A stretch of 48,126 bases of DNA from Phycisphaerae bacterium (lineage in GTDB: Bacteria; Planctomycetota; Phycisphaerae; SM23-33), in the NCBI GenBank assembly GCA_046539045.1, contig JBKHHU010000003.1, positions 1 through 48,126 of the forward strand, written 5' to 3'. The first letter of the stretch is position 1; every line of letters starts with the position of its first letter. The position numbers and the translations under genes were made by a program. Of this stretch, positions 30,187 to 37,544 are shown piece after piece. Below the pieces are notes generated by a model that was not told the origin of the DNA, did no database searches, and saw nothing but the letters and a program-made list of their open reading frames with translations.

Positions 30187-31068
30187 TTACTCGGTCAGCA
30201 GGCCGAGCCCGAGCAGCCCGTAGAACGTGAACTCGCAATCGACTTCTCGTTCGCCGCGGTACCCGCGGAAGGCGCCCCGGCCGGTCCACAGTTCATCCAT
30301 GAAATCCAGGCAGGGCTCGCGGAACGACTCCAGCGATCGCCGGGCCAGCGACAACGCCTGCAGCGTCACGGCCGTGGAGAGCAGGTCCGGCATGGGCGCA
30401 TCCGGGATCGCCAGAAATCCTCCGGACTCGCAGAACCGCTTCTCCAGCCAGTTCAGCGTTTCCGGGCGGACCTGTCTGTCGAACTGGTGATGGACGACAA
30501 CCGCGGCGGCGGTGTTGGGCGTTGTGGGCACGGGGAACTCCGCCGAGTTGGTGTAGGCGCCGTCCGGCGTGGCGAGACCCTCAAGGCGATCGAACAGCGC
30601 GTCGACGTCGGCAACGGGCATTGCGGTATCTTCACAGACGCCGACGGCGAAAAAGCTGGCGTAAGCGCTGCTGTGAAGCTGGTTGGGCTCTTCGGCGTAC
30701 CCACCGTCCTCGGCGCGGAACCGGTCGAGTTGTCGGTGGATCCGCTGAGCCGCTTCCGTACCGGCCAGTCCTTCCGGAAGGGCCGCCAGTGCCCGCGCCA
30801 GGCAGCCGAGATGGACCAGATCAAGCGTCGCCGGATCGAACCCATTCAGATACTCGCGCACGCCGCTGGGGATCGGTGCTTCGAGGGACGCAAGCGACTG
30901 CAGCGCAAAGGCCGAGTAATACAGATCCGAATGCGCCGCCCTTCCGCGAAAGCCTCCGTCTTCGCACTGAAGCGACAGGAGGAAATCGGCCACCAGATCG
31001 GCAGACTCACGCAGCGGAATCCGAGCCCGACCGGCTGCCGCCCTCATTTGTCGCGTCATGTTCTTCAC
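30187..31068 (-). CDS. Prenyltransferase/squalene-oxidase-repeat (alpha/alpha)6 barrel protein
   Basis: QW-like repeats LQCEDGGF, FRAEDGGY, ATPDGAY, FCESGGF and TGRGAF, each followed by a DLYYS/DLLST/DCEFT-type helix. Only 293 aa, with no DxDD motif. Confidence 0.85.
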   Translation of the reverse strand: MKNMTRQMRAAAGRARIPLRESADLVADFLLSLQCEDGGFRGRAAHSDLYYSAFALQSLASLEAPIPSGVREYLNGFDPATLDLVHLGCLARALAALPEGLAGTEAAQRIHRQLDRFRAEDGGYAEEPNQLHSSAYASFFAVGVCEDTAMPVADVDALFDRLEGLATPDGAYTNSAEFPVPTTPNTAAAVVVHHQFDRQVRPETLNWLEKRFCESGGFLAIPDAPMPDLLSTAVTLQALSLARRSLESFREPCLDFMDELWTGRGAFRGYRGEREVDCEFTFYGLLGLGLLTE

Positions 31069-32710
31069 AGCAGGTGAAACCCTCGGCCTCTCTGAATACC
31101 TTGGCGATCATCTTCCGCAGCAGGCCCTTAAGCGAAAGATTGTCCAGTCGACACAGGGCGCGGATCGCCTCTGCCTTGTAGCCTTCCAGCAGCGACTCGG
31201 TCACCGCTCGAACCCGCAGGTCTTTGAAGATCGCCGTCCAGCGCGCCGGGTCGGTATCGAAGCGCTCCCCGCCGCACCACAGTTCCTCAATGAGCTTCCT
31301 GTCTTCACCGTCGGCCCGTTCCCACGCAACAGCCAGCACCACGCTGGGGCGATTGGCCATCACGTCCGACGGATCTTCGCTGCCGTAGAAGTCCTGCAGG
31401 TCATCGCGGACCTGGTAGGCGATGCCCAGCGCTTCGCTGTAGTGACTCAGCACATCGCGGACCGCATCCGGAGCGTCGGCAAGAATGGCTCCGAGTTGCA
31501 GCGCGACCTCGAATGCCGGAGCGGTCTTTCCGCGGAAGATTTCCAGCACATCGGCAACGTGCAGCGGCTGACGCTGGCGCGCCCAACAGAGTTCGGCACC
31601 TTGTCCGATGCAGAGTTGGCGGTGCCCATCGGCGGCAACTTGCATCATGTCCGCTCGCTTCGCCGCGGGCAGGCCGGTCTCGGCCAGCAGACGGTATCCG
31701 TCGCCCAGCAGCAGGTCGCCGATGTTGATCGCCACGGCCTGCCCGTGCTCGACGTGGAGGGTTTTCTCTCCATAGCGAGTGTCGTCGCCGTCTTCGATGT
31801 CGTCGTGAACCAGCGAGGCCTTGTGGAAACATTCCACACCCAGCGCCACCCGCCGCAGATCCTGCTGGTCCAGTTCGTCACCAGCCAGCGCGCGGGCCGT
31901 GCAGACCGTCAGCACCGGGCGCCACCGCTTGCCCGCGCGGGCCATCCAGTCCACCGCGATCTTGCCGGTCTTGCCGCTGACCGGCCCCAGCAGTTGCTCC
32001 ATCGCATCGCGATCGAACCAGCGGATCACCTCCCGCCGGATCGATTCGATATCAAGCATGGAACTGCCCTCTTCGCGAGTCAACTGAATGGCCTCCCACA
32101 GCCAGTCCAGATCACACATCGTTTCGTGACATCCGTCGTACAGCAGCGGAATCGCAATGCCCGGAACGGCTGCTGCCTCCATGTATTTATACACGCTTTC
32201 GAGCGAATCCAGGCAGCTTACTCCGATTACCGCCTGCACTTTCCCGCTGGCGATCAGGCTGGTGACCACCGGCGAGCCCTCCGCCACCAGCACCACGTAA
32301 CCCAACCGCTCCGCTTCCGACTTGGCTGCACCGATCATGCACTGGCCGCATTCGCGACAGAGCAGCCCGAGTTCATCGAACCCGGCCGGGCAGGTGGATT
32401 TTCGCAGGCACTGCGGGAGTAACAGCAACCGGCGGTCGCAGGGGATTCCGCCAAGGCTGTCCCGCCAGGTCTCGTTATTGATCAGGACCGCCAACCAGTC
32501 GCGGGAATCAGCCGCGAGGGCCTCGCTTTCGATCAAGCGATCGGATTCCTTCCGCAACTCTTCCAGGCTTAACGGAGGTACAAGCTTGTGCCGACGTACG
32601 TACTCGCTCACCAGGCGCAGCATGCGGTCGCGCTGTGGTTTGTGGGCGGGAACGCCCTTCATTGGCGGCCTGCACGTGAACTTCATTTGCTTCGATAACG
32701 AATCAGCCAT
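31007..32710 (-). CDS. Trans-isoprenyl diphosphate (polyprenyl) synthetase with N-terminal DUF116-like Cys-rich domain
   Basis: GKRWRP, FARM FHKASLVHDDIED, AINIGD, GQGAEL, KTAPAF and SARM YQVRDDLQD. N-terminal RRLLLLPQCLR..CPA..CRECGQC..GVSC. Start MADSLSK after a GAGGA RBS. Confidence 0.9.
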   Translation of the reverse strand: MADSLSKQMKFTCRPPMKGVPAHKPQRDRMLRLVSEYVRRHKLVPPLSLEELRKESDRLIESEALAADSRDWLAVLINNETWRDSLGGIPCDRRLLLLPQCLRKSTCPAGFDELGLLCRECGQCMIGAAKSEAERLGYVVLVAEGSPVVTSLIASGKVQAVIGVSCLDSLESVYKYMEAAAVPGIAIPLLYDGCHETMCDLDWLWEAIQLTREEGSSMLDIESIRREVIRWFDRDAMEQLLGPVSGKTGKIAVDWMARAGKRWRPVLTVCTARALAGDELDQQDLRRVALGVECFHKASLVHDDIEDGDDTRYGEKTLHVEHGQAVAINIGDLLLGDGYRLLAETGLPAAKRADMMQVAADGHRQLCIGQGAELCWARQRQPLHVADVLEIFRGKTAPAFEVALQLGAILADAPDAVRDVLSHYSEALGIAYQVRDDLQDFYGSEDPSDVMANRPSVVLAVAWERADGEDRKLIEELWCGGERFDTDPARWTAIFKDLRVRAVTESLLEGYKAEAIRALCRLDNLSLKGLLRKMIAKVFREAEGFTCCEEHDATNEGGSRSGSDSAA

Positions 32711-34301
32711 GGGAGTTCCTCTCGGCCTCCGCCGCCAGTGCCACGGCAGCGCGGTCACAACATTGTTGCGTCGTGCGGCGAATTCTCCGTCGCTCGCGGC
32801 GAAAATTTCTGCGCCACCCGGCGACTTCGGTTTTGCCCAGCGTCTGGATCAGGTTGCGTTTGAACCAGGCGACGCCCCCGGCCCGCTGGTTGTCGTAGTA
32901 GAGCTTCGGCGCGCGGCGGAAGTTCATCTCGTAGCACCGTTCGTACAGGTCAAGATGATCTTCCCGCATGCGGGACAGGTCGAAACGGGCGTGTCGACGG
33001 TCCTGTCGGTACGGCTCGTGGAAGACCGGGAACACCACCGCGCCCATCCTGTCAAATTCGTCCACGAGCGTCTGCGTCGCGGCGACGTCGGCTGGGGTTT
33101 CCCCTTCCAGCCCCAGCACCAGGCTGAAGACCGGGAAGAAACCCGTTTCGGTGAGTTTCCAGCCGGCTTCGGTGACCGCCTCGGCCCAGCAATCCGGGTC
33201 CAGCCTGCCGAGCTTACCCGGACCGATGGATTTCACCAGCCGTCCGGAGGCGCTCTCGACGCCCAGGTTAACCCAGAGATAATCAGTCCGTGCCGACCAG
33301 GTCAGCAGGCGGCGAATTTCGGCCAGCTGTTCCTTCGAGTACTGCAGCACGGAGGTTACGTTGGCGTGGTCGATCTGCATGAACCGCAGTTGGCCGACCT
33401 CCCGCATCCGCGTCAGCAGGTCTCGTAAGGCCTCGAAGTTGACCTTCGCTCCGGTCGCGCCGTAGCGGAAGAAGTCTTCGCTGGAATTGACAACCGAGCG
33501 AGATCCTGCGCGGTAGTTGGCCTCCAGATCGCTCAGCACGACATCGGCCGGGACGTGCTGCATCGGTCGGTCACTCATCGTGCAGAACTCGCAGCCATAC
33601 CCGCAGCCGCGAGACAGCTCCAGCACGCCGAGCATGGCCCCGCCGCGGATCGGGCGTAGCCTCTCAATGGCGGTTCCCTTCTCCGCTATATGATCGGCCA
33701 CCGGCTTGCCCGCCAGGATGTCCTCAATCAGTTGCGGGCCCTGGTTCTCGAAATAGCCTTCGAAGATCGTGTCCACGCCGAGACGTCGGGCTTCATCGCG
33801 ATCGCCGGTGAATTGCCATGCCCCCGCCCCACCGACGATCACCTTGAAACCAAAGGTCTGCTTTGCGCCTTTCAGCATCAGCAGCGTTTCTTCGGTGAGT
33901 ACTTCCGTATAAAGCCTGCCGCTCCAGAAAGCGCTGGTGGTGGTGTTGCTCATTCCCCGGCCGAGCGGATCGGATGAACTGAACAAGACCGCCTCGGTCC
34001 GGGAGCTCAAAAGACCCGGTAGCGATTCGGGCGTGGCGACGACGACATCCTCCTCGGTCAGATCGGTCTCCGCCAGCAGACTGGCCTCGACGCGACGCAC
34101 GCCGATGGGCGCCTGGGACGCCCTGCCGTCCGGCGAAACGGGTACCGGTTTGCTCAGGAGGTGCTTCCAGGCGAACCGGGGAACCTTCGTCGTCTGCATC
34201 GAGGCGAAGATGCCCTCGAACAGGATCGAGTAATCACCCGCCAGCGTCCGGTCCGCAACCAGGATCACCCGGGGAGAAAGCTGCCGGCGGTCGGAACTCA
34301 A
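32703..34301 (-). CDS. Radical SAM protein with N-terminal B12-binding-like domain (archaeal-type family, resembles GDGT ring synthase Grs)
   Basis: ELSRGCGYGCEFC (CxxxCxxC), VILVADRTL, APIGVRRVEASL, DPLG, FKVIVGGAGAW, NLGVES and LGLEGETP. Start set at TTG 34301, overlapping the upstream TGA. Confidence 0.88.
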   Translation of the reverse strand: MSSDRRQLSPRVILVADRTLAGDYSILFEGIFASMQTTKVPRFAWKHLLSKPVPVSPDGRASQAPIGVRRVEASLLAETDLTEEDVVVATPESLPGLLSSRTEAVLFSSSDPLGRGMSNTTTSAFWSGRLYTEVLTEETLLMLKGAKQTFGFKVIVGGAGAWQFTGDRDEARRLGVDTIFEGYFENQGPQLIEDILAGKPVADHIAEKGTAIERLRPIRGGAMLGVLELSRGCGYGCEFCTMSDRPMQHVPADVVLSDLEANYRAGSRSVVNSSEDFFRYGATGAKVNFEALRDLLTRMREVGQLRFMQIDHANVTSVLQYSKEQLAEIRRLLTWSARTDYLWVNLGVESASGRLVKSIGPGKLGRLDPDCWAEAVTEAGWKLTETGFFPVFSLVLGLEGETPADVAATQTLVDEFDRMGAVVFPVFHEPYRQDRRHARFDLSRMREDHLDLYERCYEMNFRRAPKLYYDNQRAGGVAWFKRNLIQTLGKTEVAGWRRNFRRERRRIRRTTQQCCDRAAVALAAEAERNSHG

Positions 34302-35578
34302 GAGCAGCCCTTCCCGTCGCAAGCGCATCGGCCGCCGGTGGAAGGCTCGGCCGGCTCGTCATGGCACGCGCAATCTGGGCCGCAATCGCCAGCCGTCTCA
34401 TCCGAGTGACAGGCACAATCCGAACCGCAGTCGGTGGAGACGGAGTCTTCCGAAGCAGAATTCGAACAACCGCAGTCGGCAGCCCGGGGCGGCGGGGCCG
34501 CGACGGATTTCGCCCGTGCCTGCAGCTGCTCAGCAGAGACTGTCCGGAGCACCTCATCGGGGATATCCAGCGTCTCCTGCAGACTGTCGGCGGTGGAGCA
34601 ACCGCAGCCGGAGGCGAGGTCCTCCGCCGGGGCGAAACGCCGTCTGGCCCCGTCGCTTCGGTTCCGAAGTCTGGCATAGATGTCGCCGGAAGCGATCTCC
34701 TCGTCATCGACCTTGACTGCTTCGCCGGCCTGTTCGTCCGAACCGTTGATGGGTGCCTTGTCGTATTTCGGGAAAACGATCGCCGCCGTCGGGCACATGC
34801 GGGCACAGGCCGGGCAGTTGGTCTTGCACTTGTCCGGACTGGTGACGGTCACCTTCCCGTCCACGAGCGAGTAGACCCCGAACAGGCAGAAGCTCATGCA
34901 TTTCTTGCAGTCGATGCACCGGGAGCGATCCAGCACGGGGAACCAGGGGATCCACTCCGAATCGGCCTTCGCCTGGTGTTCTGCAGCGAACTGCAGCACC
35001 CGGCCGGCCACCTGCTCGGGCTCGATGGCGGCCGAGTTGATATCCAGCACGGCCTTGTCGCCGCATCCGATCTGCGGGCAGTCAATGCGAACCACCGCCC
35101 GCCCCGTCGGCTGGTAGTCGTCGTTGCCTTCTCCGAAGGCGGTCACTGCCACGCCCGCTTCCAGGAGAGCCTTGGCGATGTGGAACATTTCCGGGCTCGA
35201 TTCGCCCAGCAGCACCTCGACCGCTTCAGGACCGGCCGGGCTGACCGGGGCAGTCGATGCGTCCTGTTCGGCCAAGGCGCCGGTAATCCCGCAGTGGCAC
35301 ATCTCCCGCATATTCAACACGTTGCACTCGCCGAGATCCAGGCCCGGAAGGTTCCGCACCGCTCGGGCAAAGCATGCGATGACTGTCGAGCCTGCGGGAA
35401 CATCCCCCAGTACGAACGGACTCTTGGCGGCAGCCAGTCCGCACAGGTCCGGTACCGCGGTGAACGGGCGATTCATGCCGATCAGCCCCGCCAAAACGCC
35501 ATCGGCAGTCTCCTGATCGATCACGTCGGAATGCCGACAGAAGCACATGATAGTTCGATTCTCTGTTCGGTCCGGCAC
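34298..35578 (-). CDS. Multidomain ferredoxin-family protein with Cys/His-rich acidic tail
   Basis: N-terminal CFC..DLC..IAC domain. PWFPVLDRSRCIDCKKCMSFCLFGVY..CKTNCPACARMCP (2x4Fe-4S). Tail carries DCGxDCACH repeats. Confidence 0.85.
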   Translation of the reverse strand: MPDRTENRTIMCFCRHSDVIDQETADGVLAGLIGMNRPFTAVPDLCGLAAAKSPFVLGDVPAGSTVIACFARAVRNLPGLDLGECNVLNMREMCHCGITGALAEQDASTAPVSPAGPEAVEVLLGESSPEMFHIAKALLEAGVAVTAFGEGNDDYQPTGRAVVRIDCPQIGCGDKAVLDINSAAIEPEQVAGRVLQFAAEHQAKADSEWIPWFPVLDRSRCIDCKKCMSFCLFGVYSLVDGKVTVTSPDKCKTNCPACARMCPTAAIVFPKYDKAPINGSDEQAGEAVKVDDEEIASGDIYARLRNRSDGARRRFAPAEDLASGCGCSTADSLQETLDIPDEVLRTVSAEQLQARAKSVAAPPPRAADCGCSNSASEDSVSTDCGSDCACHSDETAGDCGPDCACHDEPAEPSTGGRCACDGKGCS

Positions 35579-35617
35579 GCGTTTACTCCTCTGTCCGCTG
35601 GACGGACAGCCAGGGAA

Positions 35618-35992
35618 CTACTGTTTCTCGACACACCAGACGGCCTTCATGCCGCGAATGTATATCCTGTCGCCTTCAAACACGGGGCAGCTGCGGAGCT
35701 CTTTCAGTGTATTGCGGCTTACTTCCTTCGGTTTGCCGCTGTTCTTGTCCGGACCAAGCAGTAGGTTCGGTTCGGACTGCACGAAAAGCCGATCGCCCAC
35801 CAGGATCGGCGAACTCTCCACAGGTGACTTCCAGCGCACGTTGCTCTGGGCGGACCAGTCAACCGCCGGATTGGCTTTCGGATAGGATCCGGTTCCGTCG
35901 GTCCGCCAGCCGCACGGCGAGCCGGCCAGTGCAGTGACACTGATAAGCGCAGCTGTCGACAGCATACAATAGCTGACCGTTTTGGGCTTCAT
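35618..35992 (-). CDS. Internally deleted PQQ-like propeller (signal peptide plus first and last blades only); possible pseudogene
   Basis: Signal peptide, GWRTDGTG..DWS..NVRWKSP..SSPILVGDRLFV joined almost directly to RSCPVFEGDRIYIRG..VWCV. Only 124 aa. Confidence 0.65.
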   Translation of the reverse strand: MKPKTVSYCMLSTAALISVTALAGSPCGWRTDGTGSYPKANPAVDWSAQSNVRWKSPVESSPILVGDRLFVQSEPNLLLGPDKNSGKPKEVSRNTLKELRSCPVFEGDRIYIRGMKAVWCVEKQ

Positions 35993-36145
35993 GAGTCATT
36001 CAACCTCTCGAGGTGGTGTAAGGTGTCGGCCCGATTAGGCGAAGATTGCGGTTTGCCCCAATGCGAGGAGGGCTGAAGCTTCGGAAGCGGTCAACGACCC
36101 ACCGCCAAGGCTCCAGCCCTTCCCCGGATGTCATTCCAGACGAAA

Positions 36146-37408
36146 TTATTTGCTGAGGTCCAGGCAGATCAACCGGCCTTCGTGCGTGCGGCAGTACAGT
36201 TTGCCGTGGGCGAGGACCGGTATTGTCCAGCACAGACCATCCAGCACCTTGGCTTTGGAGATCATCTTGAGGCCCTTCGGAGACGCCTCGGAAATCGCCA
36301 GATCGCCCTTCTGTCCCAGGATGATCAGTTTGCCGTCGGCGGCGATCAGCGACCCCTTGCCGTAGCCGCGCTGGGCCCACTGCTCCTCTCCGGTTTTGAA
36401 GTCGATGCACTGCAACCGATTGCCGTCCACGCCGTAGAGATACCCGTCGATCAGGATCGAAGTGTTCATGTGGTTGGACATGTGGTTCCGCTTGCGCCAG
36501 ACTTCCTTCGGCGCGGGGGTGACCTTTACCAGCGCTGAACCGTTCCTATACCCGCCGGCGACGAAAACGTACCCGTCGTGGTAGATCGGCATGACCGCGC
36601 TGACCCCGTACTTGATCTTCAGCGGGTACAGGCCGAATTCCTTGCCCGTCTTCGGATCGAGAATCAACACGCCGTCGCCCGGGAACGTGGCCAGGTATTC
36701 TTTTCCGTCCTGCGTGAACAGGTATGGGGAGGAATACGCAGCCGGGTGCTTCTTCGACTTCCAGATGACATCGCCGGTTTTCTTGTTCATCGCGACAATC
36801 ACGCCGAGGTCCCAGATGAGCATGTCGCCTTTGATCATCGGCGAACACGACCAGCCCCACTGGCCGGGGTTGTTAAAGTCATTGGCGTTCTTCGACCAGA
36901 CGACGTCTCCGGTATCCGCTTTGAGGCAGTACATATCGCCCTTGCGGCTCAAGGTGAACACGAGATTGCTTTCCGGGTCGACCGTCGGCGTCATACCGGG
37001 GCCCCCGTTGCGCCGGGCGGCGGAGGCCTTGTAGGTATGTTTCCAGATTTCCTTGCCGGTATCGGCGTTCAGGCACCAGACGATGTCCTGCCCGCCCTTG
37101 TTGCCCATCGTGTAAAGTCTGTCGCCGACGACCGAGAAGGAACTGAACCCATCGCCGAGTTCGGCAGACCAGATCTCCTTCGGTCCTTTGTCGGACCATT
37201 TGGTCGTCCAGTTGCTCTCGGACGTCTTGCCGGTCCTTTCCGGCCCGCGGTACTGCGGCCAGTCCTTTCCGGTATTGGCAGTGTTCTCACCGGGTTCGGT
37301 CTTTACAGTTTCCGTGCCCTGACAAGCCATCGTCACGACCAGAATCGCTACGAGACCGAAGAAGGGCCCCGCGCAACGAGCGGTTCGTATTCGGAACATG
37401 TTCAGCAT
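36146..37408 (-). CDS. Exported, probably lipoprotein, PQQ-like beta-propeller protein
   Basis: Signal ending VTMAC, DWPQYRGPERTG, GKEIW blades and C-terminal GKLYCR..LICLDL. Confidence 0.87.
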   Translation of the reverse strand: MLNMFRIRTARCAGPFFGLVAILVVTMACQGTETVKTEPGENTANTGKDWPQYRGPERTGKTSESNWTTKWSDKGPKEIWSAELGDGFSSFSVVGDRLYTMGNKGGQDIVWCLNADTGKEIWKHTYKASAARRNGGPGMTPTVDPESNLVFTLSRKGDMYCLKADTGDVVWSKNANDFNNPGQWGWSCSPMIKGDMLIWDLGVIVAMNKKTGDVIWKSKKHPAAYSSPYLFTQDGKEYLATFPGDGVLILDPKTGKEFGLYPLKIKYGVSAVMPIYHDGYVFVAGGYRNGSALVKVTPAPKEVWRKRNHMSNHMNTSILIDGYLYGVDGNRLQCIDFKTGEEQWAQRGYGKGSLIAADGKLIILGQKGDLAISEASPKGLKMISKAKVLDGLCWTIPVLAHGKLYCRTHEGRLICLDLSK

Positions 37409-37544
37409 GATGTCTCTCTTTGCTTACTGGATGATCTGGAGCGATAGGAGCCTACGTCGACCCCACAGACACCATGAGTATAGCGGAAGAAAACTCCCCT
37501 TTCCGAAGAAAATCCAGCGGCGGGAACCTGCGACGGCCTGGGAT

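Noticed and set aside
30187-31068. Squalene-hopene cyclase
   Set aside because: It is about half the expected length, has no DxDD motif, and no hpn genes are nearby.
16426-37408. Naming the propellers BamB or PQQ-dependent dehydrogenases
   Set aside because: Only the blade repeats are visible. There is no bam context, no pqq genes and no catalytic signature that I can identify.
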